From an uncultured delta proteobacterium (GTDB taxonomy: Bacteria; Myxococcota; Myxococcia; Myxococcales; Myxococcaceae): a stretch of 64,000 nt of DNA. The position numbers and the translations under genes were made by a program. Where the stretch lies: NCBI GenBank assembly GCA_963771175.1, contig CAVYSY010000007.1:32001-96000 (forward strand), in the 5' to 3' direction. The notes below the pieces were generated by a model. It saw only the letters and a program-made list of their open reading frames with translations. It had not been told where the DNA came from and searched no databases. Shown piece by piece: positions 33,038-47,021 of this stretch; positions within the stretch are counted from its first letter, which is position 1, and each line of letters opens with the position of its first letter.

Positions 33038-33601
33038 GTGCTACCTCGATTCGTCCTCTACGGGTGTGCTGGCTGGGTGATGGAGGTGTGCTTCACGGGA
33101 GTGGGTGCCGCCCTCTTCCAGCAGGACAAACACGGGACAGCGAAGACGTACCTCTGGATGCACCCCATCTACGGCGCCACCGCGCTGGGGATGGAGTTCC
33201 TCCATGACCGGTTGCGCTTCCTGCCCCGGCCCGTGCGAGCCCTCGCCTATACGGCCGTCATCTTCGGCGCCGAGTTCACCACCGGCTGGCTGCTGCGCAA
33301 GGCGCTCGGCCGCTGCCCGTGGGACTACGAGCAGCGCGGCTGGAGCGTGAAGGGGCTCATCCGCCTGGACTACGCCCCCTTCTGGTACGCCGCCGCCCTC
33401 CTCTTCGAGCCCGTGCGCGAGGCCTTCCTGCGCGTCACCAGCGAGGCCCTCCGCCAGACGCCCGAGTACCGCCACGCCGTGCAACAGGGCGCCGTGGCCG
33501 AGCCCCTCCACCTCAGCGCCGTCGCCGCCGAGCAGGAGGCCGGAGAGGCGGCCGATACCTTCCTCCTCGCCGAGGAGGCGGACGCCCATCGCGGCCACTG
33601 A
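33038..33601 (+). CDS. Membrane protein, DUF1113/CmpB-like
   Basis: FVLYGCAGWVME, PIYG, EFTTGWLL...CPWDY...GLIRLDYAPFW. Confidence 0.75.
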   Translation: MLPRFVLYGCAGWVMEVCFTGVGAALFQQDKHGTAKTYLWMHPIYGATALGMEFLHDRLRFLPRPVRALAYTAVIFGAEFTTGWLLRKALGRCPWDYEQRGWSVKGLIRLDYAPFWYAAALLFEPVREAFLRVTSEALRQTPEYRHAVQQGAVAEPLHLSAVAAEQEAGEAADTFLLAEEADAHRGH

Positions 33602-33632
33602 GCCACCGGGCAGGCACGACCTGTGGGGAAAA

Positions 33633-33669
33633 CCCCTCACCCCGGACCTTCTCGCAGCGGGAGGAAGGG
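33633..33669. repeat. Degenerate CCCTCACCCC-type palindromic REP-like element
   Basis: CCCCTCACCCCGGACCTTCTCGCAGCGGGAGGAAGGG resembles the CCCTCACCC...CTCTCCC...GGGAGAGGG intergenic repeat style. Confidence 0.4.
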
Positions 33670-33807
33670 CGAGCGGAGGGGGAAGGACGGTGGGCCCCGT
33701 GGGTCGGACGCTCTCCGGCCGGGCCTCATCTTGACAGTCGGCTTTTCTTCCTGATGTAGGCGCTGCGTAGTACCTTGCCGCGCGATTCCTGCAGGTGCAG
33801 GAAATGA

Positions 33808-37880
<4,073 letters not shown>

Positions 37881-37884
<4 letters not shown>

Positions 37885-39113
37885 CCTCCCTCCGTCTGGA
37901 CCTTCACCTTGCGCCCCGGACGCAACGTCCCATTGGGCGACACCACCACCTGCGTCCCCGGCGGCGGGCCCTTGGTCAGCGCCACCTCCTCGCCCACCTT
38001 CTCCGCCACCTGCACCGGCTGGCGCTTCAGCCGCCCATCCTGAACCACCCACACCATGGACTGCCCGTCGCGGCCTCGCACCACCGCCGCGGCCGGCACC
38101 CGCAGCGCCGCGTCCTCGCGGGCGAGCACCTCCGGTGACACCTCCTCCTTCAGGAAGGCCACCCGTGCCCCCATGTCCGGCAGCACGCCCGGGGGAATCT
38201 CCTCGAAGGCCACGTTCACGTCACCGGTGGCCTTGGAGCGGTCGATGGCCGGGCGGATGGAGCGCACCTTCGCGCGGAAGGCCTGGTCCGGGAACGCGTC
38301 GAGGAAGACGAGCGCGGGCTGCCCCAGCTCGATGCGCGGGAGCTGCTCCTCGCTCACCTCGGCCTCCACCTCGAGCGCCCCCAGGTCCACCAGCTCGACG
38401 ATGCCGCCGATGTTCTCCTGCTCGAGCGCGGCGGGCGCGAGCACCGCTCCCTCGTCCGCCAGCTTGCGCACCACCGTGCCCGAGAAGGGCGCGCGCACCA
38501 CGGTGTGGGAGAGCAGCAGGCCCGCCGCCTCCGACGCGCGACGGGCCGCGTCGAGCTGCGCCATGGAGGCCCGCTCCTCGGCCGAGGAGGCACTCGCCAG
38601 GGCCCGCGCCTCCTCCAGGCTCGCCCGGGTGACGACTCCCTCCCTGGCGAGCCGCTCGGCCCGGCCCAGGTCGCTCCGCGCCCGCGTCGCCGTGGCCCGC
38701 GCGGCGAGGAGCCGTTGAGAGGCCGCCTGGAGCTCGGCCCGGGCGCGAGCGGCCGCCACCCGCGCATCCCGATCATCCAGACGGGCGAGCACCTGCCCCT
38801 CCTTCACCGCATCCCCCTCGTCCACCGCCACCTCCACGAGTCGGCCCGCCACCTGGGGCGCGATGACGGAGCGGCGGCGCGAGGCCACATAGCCGGCAGC
38901 GGAGAGCTCGGTCTGCTGCTCGCCAGGACGGGCCTCGCGGACCTCGGCCACGCGCACGCTGGGAGCCCGGCCCATCACCATCGCCGCCGCGACGAAGGCC
39001 AGCACCACGACGAGTGCCACCGGAAGGAGCCACCGTCGCCCGAATCTCCGCCGGGGGTGGGCCGAGCGGTCAATCCGGAGTGCGTTCAACCTCTGGGCCT
39101 GGGCCTCCGCCAT
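37881..39113 (-). CDS. Periplasmic adaptor (MacA/HlyD-like membrane fusion protein)
   Basis: N-terminal [19 protein letters not shown], coiled coil, VRAPFSGTV. Confidence 0.92.
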
Positions 39114-39357
39114 GGGGACTCCCCTTGCGTCATGACATCTCGGTGAGAAGGTAGGGGGAGGCCCCGAGCATGACCCGGAAGTGAGGCCGCCCGCCCCCCC
39201 TGCTACCGAAGCACGCGGGCGCCCTCTTCTCCCTCCGAGGGAGGCGGGCTCGGCGGTGAGAGAAAACCTTGAGGTCTCTCCCGCCAGGGCCACACGACAG
39301 GCACAGATTGAGCGGGAGGGACCACGATGGAGGGATTGCGATGAGCGAGGGATTGCG

Positions 39358-39594
39358 ATGATCGACCCCGGGGACATCCGCGAGGGCATGACGGTGAGGG
39401 ACCAGGAAGGCCGGAAGCTCGGCACGGTGGCGAACGTGGGGGAGACCCACTTCGAGCTGGAGCAGGGGTCGCCGGCCCGGCGGGACTACATGGTGCGCTA
39501 CCACGGAGTGGCGCGCGTACAGGGTCGGGATGTGTTCCTCTCAGCCGATCCCACGCCCGTGCAGCCCGAGGACGAGTCGCCCCCGAGCCCGTGA
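39358..39594 (+). CDS. DUF2171-like small protein
   Basis: IREGMTVRDQEGRKLGTV...DVFLS. Confidence 0.7.
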   Translation: MIDPGDIREGMTVRDQEGRKLGTVANVGETHFELEQGSPARRDYMVRYHGVARVQGRDVFLSADPTPVQPEDESPPSP

Positions 39595-39716
39595 AGCGCG
39601 CTCAGCCGGGCTCGGGTGGGAGTTCGCGCACGGCGCCATACCCGGCGTCCATGTGACAGGGGCACCGCAAGCGCGATACATCAACGCTCTCCCCTTCCCC
39701 ACCAGGAGCGAGCGGG

Positions 39717-40484
39717 TTGAAATCCCACCATCATCCTTCCCGTCCGAGCCGCCTCCTCACGGCCGGACTTCTCCTCGGGGCGCTCGTCGCCCTGCTTCAG
39801 CCGGCGGAGGCGTCCGCTGGTAACTCCGCCGGCAACGCGCGGCTGCTCGCCTCGGACGAGGCCGCCACCATCAAGCACCCCGTCCTCGGCCTGCAGCGCT
39901 CGGCACTGCCGCTGGGCCTGGGCTTCGCGGTGGACACCTCCGTCCTCGCGGACCTGGCGCTCACGCCCAACCTGGGCCTGCGCTGGGCGCTGGAGGCGGG
40001 GCCCCACCGCTTCGTCGTCGGCGCGCGCTACGCGAAGTTCATGGGCTCCACGCTGGCCTCGGACTACGTCACCGCCCAGCAGCCGCTGGTGAAGCGCTTC
40101 GACCTCGACTTCAGCGGACCCAGCGCCTACGCCCTCTACGGCTTGTCGCTCGGCCGGGTGCTGGTGCAGGCCGAGGTGCGCCACTCCCGCTACGCGAGCG
40201 TCACCACCACGGCCACGGGCGCCCTGGTGCTCAACTTCGCCGGCAACTGGTCCCTCGTGGGTGAGTTCGGGGTCCGGCTGCACCAGACCCAGAATCCGGA
40301 CTCGGCGCAGCCGCCGGCGCAGGGCCTCCCCCTGCGCGGCGCGGCCGGCATCCGCTACGCCGGGGACAACTTCGGCTTCTCGCTCGGGGCCGCATACGTG
40401 GACCTGCACGAGCCCATGGTCCCCGTCAACGACGGCCGCCTCCCCATCCTCCCCGCCCTCGACCTGTCCTGGACCTTCCGATGA
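39717..40484 (+). CDS. Hypothetical secreted/outer-membrane beta-barrel-like protein
   Basis: Signal peptide (AEASA), amphipathic strands, ends LDLSWTFR. Confidence 0.6.
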   Translation: MKSHHHPSRPSRLLTAGLLLGALVALLQPAEASAGNSAGNARLLASDEAATIKHPVLGLQRSALPLGLGFAVDTSVLADLALTPNLGLRWALEAGPHRFVVGARYAKFMGSTLASDYVTAQQPLVKRFDLDFSGPSAYALYGLSLGRVLVQAEVRHSRYASVTTTATGALVLNFAGNWSLVGEFGVRLHQTQNPDSAQPPAQGLPLRGAAGIRYAGDNFGFSLGAAYVDLHEPMVPVNDGRLPILPALDLSWTFR

Positions 40485-41059
40485 AACGCCTTGTCCTCGC
40501 CCTTGTCTGCCCGCTCCTGCTCTCCGCGTGCTCCGCCGAGGTCGCCGTGGAGACGCCGCCCCAGACGCAGAAAGTCCCCATCACCTCGGTGGGCAAGCCC
40601 GCCTACGCCGAGGTGGCCGTCGACCTGCCCCCCGAGACGCAGGAGCTCGACGTCACCGTGAAGGAGATCAGCGCCACCCTCACGGTGCACAACCCCTCGG
40701 ATGCGTTCGACCTGACGACGTCCGCGCGGCTGTCCCTCCAGGGCAACGCCACGCCGGGCACCCCCATCTTCTATACCGATCAGAACCTGCCCCCGTACTA
40801 CGCCACCGCCGAGGTCCTGATGGCTCCGCGTGAATTCGCGCCGGCCTCGCGCACGCCGGTGACCATCACCTCGCCCACGCTGGCGAAGGCCGTCGGCCAG
40901 AAGCGCATCTGGGTCATCGTCGCCAACACGGTGACCGGGTTGGGGGGCATCGGCCTCCCGACCGAGCTGGAGATCCAGCTCGAGAACATCGTCCTGCACG
41001 TCACCCTCACCAAGTCCTTCAATGGACTGGACGGCGCGCTGGGCGTGGGCGGGCTCTGA
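40481..41059 (+). CDS. Hypothetical lipoprotein
   Basis: Lipobox LLLSA-C; ATGA overlap with upstream gene. Confidence 0.75.
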   Translation: MKRLVLALVCPLLLSACSAEVAVETPPQTQKVPITSVGKPAYAEVAVDLPPETQELDVTVKEISATLTVHNPSDAFDLTTSARLSLQGNATPGTPIFYTDQNLPPYYATAEVLMAPREFAPASRTPVTITSPTLAKAVGQKRIWVIVANTVTGLGGIGLPTELEIQLENIVLHVTLTKSFNGLDGALGVGGL

Positions 41060-41203
41060 AGCACTGAAGTGGGAGCCGGGCCCGAGACCCGCCCGGACCC
41101 GGCTCCACCGTCACATCAGGCGCTGCGGGCCACCCACCATCCGGCCCGCGCGAGGAAGAGTTCTAGCGCACCGGTCTGACACGTCCCGGACACCCGGAGC
41201 CCC

Positions 41204-41551
41204 ATGACCCCAGCCTCGACAAAGCGAAGCATGCTGCTCGACTACCTGATGAGGGTCCGCCGGGACACGCAAGCCGGACGATTGGGCATGCACATCGGCG
41301 AACCCAATGTGGATCGCTTTCAGGGACTCATCACGGGCTATCACATGTGCCAACTCGATCAGGGTGTGGATGATGTCGAGTACGGCCAGTTCCGCGAGTG
41401 GCTGCGCGAACAAGGTGAGTTCCCCCCGGAGGGATGGGAAGCGAAGTACCTACGGGACTGCGATGGAGACCCCGAGCGGGCCATCCGCAAGTACCTCGAT
41501 TTCGTCGCCGAGTTCCTGGCCAGGCATCGCGAGGAGCCAATGCAGAGCTGA
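41204..41551 (+). CDS. Hypothetical small acidic/aromatic protein
   Basis: Clean ORF with more A/T-ending codons than neighbours; FREWL...GWEAKYL...LDFVAEF. Confidence 0.65.
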   Translation: MTPASTKRSMLLDYLMRVRRDTQAGRLGMHIGEPNVDRFQGLITGYHMCQLDQGVDDVEYGQFREWLREQGEFPPEGWEAKYLRDCDGDPERAIRKYLDFVAEFLARHREEPMQS

Positions 41552-41560
41552 TACGCGGGC

Positions 41561-42238
41561 TCATCGCGTCCGCGAGCGCGACGCGGTGCGCGGCCCGAGC
41601 GCGAGGGAGCGGTACACCTTGGACTCGGAGAAGGTGGGGATGTCCGTGGGGCGCTGGGCCCACCAGTTCATCACCAGCGTCACGCGCAGCCGCGAGGTAC
41701 CCGGCAGCTTCCCGTGGGGAATCTGGTTGTGGGCGTCCAGCACGCCGTGGGTGAGGTCCCCGCGGAAGTAGGCGAAGCGGTTGGGCCTCGGCATCGCGAG
41801 GTCGAAGTCGCTCGTGTTCGGGGCGAGTGACGGGTTGTCCTCGCAAGGCAGGGCCTTGGTCACCGCGAGCGCCCCACCCCGGACGCTGTTCATGAATAGC
41901 AGGGAGGTGAAGCGCGGGTGCAGGAGCGGGCCTCCGCGCAGGGCGAGCTTCTCGTCCCGGTCCTGGTGGAAGTCCACCTGCACGTCCGTGGTGCGCATCC
42001 GCGAGAACCACCACTCCACGCCGACGATGCCCCGGCGCAGCGGCACGCGCGGGCGCAGCTCGAGGATGACCTGCTCCACGATGTTGGTGGGCTCGCCAAG
42101 GTCGAACCAGAAGGTCGTCTGGTACGTCTGGCGCAGGCGCTCGGTGCCCAGCGCGAGGACCTTGCGCCGCAGGCGGTTGAAGTCCGCGTCGGGCAGCGCG
42201 TGGTCGTGGATGTGGACGAGGGGGGCTCGGGGCGGCAT
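41561..42238 (-). CDS. 2OG-Fe(II) oxygenase superfamily protein
   Basis: FHQD...GGAL...FRGDLTHGV...RVTLVMNWW (HxD...H...R). Confidence 0.75.
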   Translation of the reverse strand: MPPRAPLVHIHDHALPDADFNRLRRKVLALGTERLRQTYQTTFWFDLGEPTNIVEQVILELRPRVPLRRGIVGVEWWFSRMRTTDVQVDFHQDRDEKLALRGGPLLHPRFTSLLFMNSVRGGALAVTKALPCEDNPSLAPNTSDFDLAMPRPNRFAYFRGDLTHGVLDAHNQIPHGKLPGTSRLRVTLVMNWWAQRPTDIPTFSESKVYRSLALGPRTASRSRTR

Positions 42239-42358
42239 GGCGGGGCGCGACTCTACGCCAACCCGCCGGTCAGTAGGTCCAGAGACCGATGAGCAGGAGC
42301 GCGGAGAGCCCCAGCACGAGCCGGAGCTCCGGACGCTCCATCTGACTCATGCGCGCTC

Positions 42359-43645
42359 TCACTGGGACGAGACCGCGACCACGGGCTCGGCGTCCTCGGG
42401 CAGGGGCTCCCGGGCCGCGGCCGAATCCAGATGGTCCACCCGCCGCAGCTCGGGGAAGACCCAGGCCCAGAGCGCCACCACCGCCAGCGTCCCCACCGCG
42501 CCCGTCACCACCGCGGGCACCGCGCCCAGGTGCTCGGCGAACGCACCGGCGCGGAACTCGCCCAGCTCGTTGGAGGCACCCACGCACATCATGTTCACCG
42601 CGCCCACGCGGCCCCGCATGTCATCCGGCGTGGCCACCAGCTCCAGCGTGTGCCGCACCACCACACTCACCATGTCCGCGGCCCCCGCCACCGCCAGGGC
42701 CATGATCGACAGCGGCAGCGAGTGGCTCACCCCGAAGACGAGCGTGGCCGCGCCGAAGATGGCGACCGAGGTGAACATCTTCCACCCCGCCCGACCGCCC
42801 AGGGGACGAACCGCGAGGAGGACAGCCACCACCGCCGCGCCCGCCGCCGGCGCGCTGCGCAGCAGACCCAGGCCCCAGGGTCCGGTGTGCAGCACGTCGC
42901 GCGCGTAGATGGGCAGCAGCGCCACCGCTCCGCCCAGCAGCACCGCGAACAGGTCCAGGGTGATGCTGCCCAGCAGCAGGCGCTGCCGGCGCACGAAGCG
43001 CAACCCCGCGAGCACCGTGGAGAGGGAGAGCCGCTCACTGGAGGCGCGGCCCGTCCGCACCTTCAGGGAGAGGATCCACACCACGGTGAGCGCGCACAGC
43101 GAGGCCGAGCCGATGTAGGCCCCCGTGGCGCCCGCCCACCCGTAGAGGACGCCGCCCACGGCGGGGCCGGCGATGGTGGCCACCTGCCATGTGGTGGAGT
43201 TGATGGCCACGGCGCGCGTGAGCTCCTCGGGGGGCACCAGATGGGGCGTGATGGCGGAGCCCGCGGGCGAGTAGAAGGCCCGCGCGGTCCCGAAGAGCAC
43301 CAGCACCCCGTACACGAAGCGCACGTCCTGGACGTGACCCAGGGAGAAGGAGAGCAGCAACAGGCTGCACAGCAGCATCACGGACTGGCACACCGCGAGG
43401 ATGATGCGCCGGTCCACGCGGTCGGCCACCTGCCCACCGACGAGGCAGAAGGCAAGGAAGGGCAGGAACTGCGCCAGGCCCGTGTAGCCCAGGGCCAGGG
43501 CGCTGCCGGTCATCTCGTACACCTGCCAGCCGATGGCCACCGACTCGACCTGCACGGCGAGCACCGCGCACAGCCGGGCGAGCTGGTAGATGCGGAAATC
43601 GCGGTGACGGAAGACGGAGGCAGCCGACACTTCGGAAGAGGCCAT
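42359..43645 (-). CDS. MFS transporter (EntS/MFS_3-like)
   Basis: FRHRDFRIY, GQVADRVDRR, AGPAVGG, LDLFAVLLGG, TPDDMRGRV. Confidence 0.93.
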   Translation of the reverse strand: MASSEVSAASVFRHRDFRIYQLARLCAVLAVQVESVAIGWQVYEMTGSALALGYTGLAQFLPFLAFCLVGGQVADRVDRRIILAVCQSVMLLCSLLLLSFSLGHVQDVRFVYGVLVLFGTARAFYSPAGSAITPHLVPPEELTRAVAINSTTWQVATIAGPAVGGVLYGWAGATGAYIGSASLCALTVVWILSLKVRTGRASSERLSLSTVLAGLRFVRRQRLLLGSITLDLFAVLLGGAVALLPIYARDVLHTGPWGLGLLRSAPAAGAAVVAVLLAVRPLGGRAGWKMFTSVAIFGAATLVFGVSHSLPLSIMALAVAGAADMVSVVVRHTLELVATPDDMRGRVGAVNMMCVGASNELGEFRAGAFAEHLGAVPAVVTGAVGTLAVVALWAWVFPELRRVDHLDSAAAREPLPEDAEPVVAVSSQ

Positions 43646-43787
43646 ACGGGAGGGTGGCTCTAACGCAAGCCTCTGGCTCCCGCCAGCCACGGTGCGAGCG
43701 AGCAGGCGGGGGGAACAACAGGTACGCTCATGGACGCGGCGAGCGCTCCAAAAGAGCCCATGTTGTGCCAAGAGGAGCGGTGCGTGG

Positions 43788-43900
43788 TTCCGCTCGTCAC
43801 CGGTGACGAGTGAAACCCACTGGGGCCATTCCGCTTGTCACCGGTGACAAGTGAAACCCTCCGACCCCATTCCGCTTGTCACCGGTGACAAGTGAAACCC
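43788..43900. repeat. Tandem array of three 31-bp units (41-bp period), each with an 18-bp palindrome
   Basis: TTCCGCT(C/T)GTCACCGGTGAC(G/A)AGTGAAACCC at 43788, 43829, 43870; 10-bp linkers ACTGGGGCCA and TCCGACCCCA. Confidence 0.95.
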
Positions 43901-43965
43901 TCCGAAGCAGCACCGCCACTGCACTCTTGTGCCCCGCGCAGCAGGAGTGCCCCAAAACGGGTCAC

Positions 43966-44349
43966 TCAGGCCTCCCGCTGGAGCGCGGCCACCATGAGGC
44001 TCAGCGTCCGAAGCTGGGACGCCTTCAGCTTGCGCACCGAGCGCATCAGCCGCCGGACCTGCGCTCCATCCCGCTCGGGGGGAGGCGTGAGTGCCCACTG
44101 AGGAGGTGATTCGGAGGCGAACCCGAGCAGGTGATCCGCCGGAATCCGGAGCGTCAGGCACAGGCGCCACAAGGACGGGACACTGGGAAGCATCAGCCCT
44201 CGCTCCAGTCGCCCATAGACCTCGGGGGCCATGCCGATGCGCTCGGCCACATCCACCTGGGTCAGACCCGCCTGGACTCGCGCCGCCCGGGCCACCGCCC
44301 CCAGTTTCTTCGACAGCCGACGCCGCACGGCGGCCTGCGTCGAGTCCAA
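43966..44349 (-). CDS. Xre/HTH_3 family transcriptional regulator
   Basis: ARAARVQAGLTQVDVAERIGMAPEVYGRLERGLMLPSV. Confidence 0.9.
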   Translation of the reverse strand: MDSTQAAVRRRLSKKLGAVARAARVQAGLTQVDVAERIGMAPEVYGRLERGLMLPSVPSLWRLCLTLRIPADHLLGFASESPPQWALTPPPERDGAQVRRLMRSVRKLKASQLRTLSLMVAALQREA

Positions 44350-44385
44350 TCCACGAGCGCTATACCCACATCCAATCCCTGGCGC

Positions 44386-44784
44386 CTACTGCGAATCGGG
44401 AGGACTCATTTTGTCCAGTTCCTCCGGAAGAGGCATCGGACGGAACCTCAACCCTTTCGCATCCCGCCCTAGAATCACGCGAAATCCCTCGCCAGCGATC
44501 TTCACGAGCTCACCCTCGTTGGCCTTTCCACTGGCGAGCCATTCGTCTGCCTCCTCTCTCGTCACGAATGCATGAGAAGGGACGATGTATTCAGCGGCGG
44601 GCGTATAGAACTTCTGGAAGAATTCGCGATACTCGTCCAGCTTCTGGATTTCACGGACATAAAACAGCGCCACCGCGGCGACTCGGATTGCCTCATCCTC
44701 TGGCGATCCTTCCTGGTACTTCTCGTCCACGGCGCGCAGGACTTCGAGAACGGAGTCAACATCGAACTCTTTATTGTATACCAT
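44386..44784 (-). CDS. Hypothetical acidic protein with atypical codon usage
   Basis: 132-aa ORF; visibly AT-richer than flanks. Confidence 0.75.
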   Translation of the reverse strand: MVYNKEFDVDSVLEVLRAVDEKYQEGSPEDEAIRVAAVALFYVREIQKLDEYREFFQKFYTPAAEYIVPSHAFVTREEADEWLASGKANEGELVKIAGEGFRVILGRDAKGLRFRPMPLPEELDKMSPPDSQ

Positions 44785-44815
44785 TATCGATCCGGGACTC
44801 TCACAGCAGTCATTG

Positions 44816-46819
44816 TCAGACCTGAGACATCACTGCCCTGCCATCAGCGTGATTCCGGCGCCTTGGACGAAGGCATAGCAAAGCCAGCACCGCGAGGCTC
44901 ACCAGCGACACCATCAGCCCCGCGCGGAAGGAGCCCGGGCGGTAGTGCAGTTCCACCCGACGCTCATTGCCGTGCAGGGGGATGGCGCGCAGGCCCTCGG
45001 CCTCGAGCAGCGGCACCGGCGCTCCGTCCGCCTCCGCCTCCCATCCGGGGAACCACGCATCCCGCACGACGAGCCGCTCGCCCCCACGCGGGAGCACGAA
45101 GGCGAGCCGTGAGGGCAGGTCCACCGCGGGCTCCAGCTCCAGCCGCTCGCCTCCCGACTCCAGCACCGCGCGCCCCTTCCGGCCCAGCCGCAGCGCGAGG
45201 TAGCTCCGATTCTGGAACAAAACCTCGCCCGGGTACGCCGCGCGCTTCGCCTCGTCGTCGATGACCACCACCGAGGCCCCGAGGTGCTCCGCCGCCCGCT
45301 CCGGCGCGTCGCGCACGAGCTGCTTCACATACGCGGGCGCTGGCACCACGAAGCCCTCCAGCGCATCGAAGCCCCCGGCCATGTTGGCGTTGGGCACGCC
45401 CACCTCGCACGCGTCCGCCCGGTGCGCGACGTCCACGCGCATCCAGTCGATGTCGTAGGCCACGCGCCCCTCGGGGCGGAACTCCAGCGAGGGCCGGCAC
45501 GGCGCCGCTCCGCTCAGGCTCCACAGCGTCCCCACGCCCTGCTGGAAGACGGCGCACTCGATGACCATCACCGCCGCCACCATCCACGCACGCCGGCTGG
45601 GAACCGCACCGCGCGCGGCCAGCAGCGCGCCCCCCGCCATCCCCACCCAGGCCACGCTCACCGCCCAGTGCGCCCCCGCGCCCGCCACCGCGAGGACACA
45701 CGCCCCGAGCAGCGCCACCACGGCGAACACCGCGCCCGAGCGCCGCGAGTGGGGCCGGGGCCCTCGCTCCCACGCGGTGAACCCGTAGGCCACCGCCAGC
45801 GCCAGCAGCACCGGCAGCGCCGAGAGGAACTTGATGGGGAAGCGGAAGAGGCTGGCGCCGGGCACCCACGCGTACAGCCAGGTGAAGAGCCGCCCCGAGT
45901 CCCCCAGCGCCAGCAGGACGAGCACCCCGCACAGCACGGCGAGCCGCTTGCGCCGCCACAGCCCCCAGGCCGCGAGCACCAGGAGGCTCGCGCCCACGAA
46001 GAGCACCGACTGGAAGGTCTGCACGCCGGAGCGGTCCGCGCCGAAGCGGACGAAGGGCAGCGCGAGGTCCACCACCTCCCGCGGGGACAGGGCGAACTGC
46101 GAGGCATCGCCCGCGCCAAGCCCCCCGCTCCGGTCCGAGCGCACGAGCAGCTCGAGGAACGGAATCCACGTGACGGCCGAGAGCCCGGCCCCGAGCGCCA
46201 CGGCCCCCAGCGTCCACCGCGTGCGCTTCCACAGGCTCCACGCGAGCCCCGCCAGCGCGAGCAGCGTCAGCTCCGGAGAACCCGCGAGCACGCTGCACGC
46301 CACCTGCACGCCGAGCAGCGCCATGCCGCCCCGGGTGGGACGGCGCGCCAGGAGCCGCCCCGAGCCCCACACCCACGGCACCCAGCTCAGCCCGCACAGC
46401 ATGTTGGGGTGGGCATAGTGCTCGACGGCGAGCGGACTGAGACCCGCGGCGAGCCCGGCCAGCACGGCGGCGCGACGGCTCGCTCCCGAGTACCTCGCCA
46501 GCCGCCACGTCCCGAGCGCCAGCCACACCAGGTGCGCGAAGAGGAAGGGGCCCAGGACGCGCTCGGGGGGTGCCAGCAGGAAGAGGAGGCTCGGCGGGTA
46601 GAGCACCTGCGTCTGCAACTCGGCGAGGAACGGGTGGCCGGCGAGCAGGTGCGGGTTCCACAGCGGCAGCGCGCCTTGCAGCAACTGCTCGCGCAGGAAG
46701 GCGGCATTGGGCAGGAAGAGGAAGAGGATGTCCGGCGACACCGGCTGGCGCACGAGCATCACCCCGTGGCTGAGGAGCACGGCGAGTATCAGGACGATCC
46801 ACGGCAGCTTCCGGTGCAC
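44816..46819 (-). CDS. YfhO-like multi-TM (GT-C) glycosyltransferase
   Basis: LPLWNPHLLAGHPF...LYPP; C-terminal DAWFPGWEAEADG...VELHYRP then TM. Confidence 0.85.
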   Translation of the reverse strand: MHRKLPWIVLILAVLLSHGVMLVRQPVSPDILFLFLPNAAFLREQLLQGALPLWNPHLLAGHPFLAELQTQVLYPPSLLFLLAPPERVLGPFLFAHLVWLALGTWRLARYSGASRRAAVLAGLAAGLSPLAVEHYAHPNMLCGLSWVPWVWGSGRLLARRPTRGGMALLGVQVACSVLAGSPELTLLALAGLAWSLWKRTRWTLGAVALGAGLSAVTWIPFLELLVRSDRSGGLGAGDASQFALSPREVVDLALPFVRFGADRSGVQTFQSVLFVGASLLVLAAWGLWRRKRLAVLCGVLVLLALGDSGRLFTWLYAWVPGASLFRFPIKFLSALPVLLALAVAYGFTAWERGPRPHSRRSGAVFAVVALLGACVLAVAGAGAHWAVSVAWVGMAGGALLAARGAVPSRRAWMVAAVMVIECAVFQQGVGTLWSLSGAAPCRPSLEFRPEGRVAYDIDWMRVDVAHRADACEVGVPNANMAGGFDALEGFVVPAPAYVKQLVRDAPERAAEHLGASVVVIDDEAKRAAYPGEVLFQNRSYLALRLGRKGRAVLESGGERLELEPAVDLPSRLAFVLPRGGERLVVRDAWFPGWEAEADGAPVPLLEAEGLRAIPLHGNERRVELHYRPGSFRAGLMVSLVSLAVLALLCLRPRRRNHADGRAVMSQV

Positions 46820-47021
46820 TTCGCCTCCAGGCCCGCATACCTACCCGCCGGAGAGGGGCCTGAACAGGGCCCCGAGGGTGCCCTCCGCTCTCCGGCGGCC
46901 TGCTCGCTACCCAACAGCCCCCCGCGGCGGGGCCCGAGCCGTCACCCGGTGGACGCCAGCCCCGCGACCCCCTCACGAGAAGCCGAGCGTCGGCTCGCAC
47001 TCTGGGTAGAGTCGGGCCCCT

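Noticed and set aside
43788..43900. Mini CRISPR array
   Set aside because: Linkers are only 10 bp and resemble each other; no cas genes or leader in the window.
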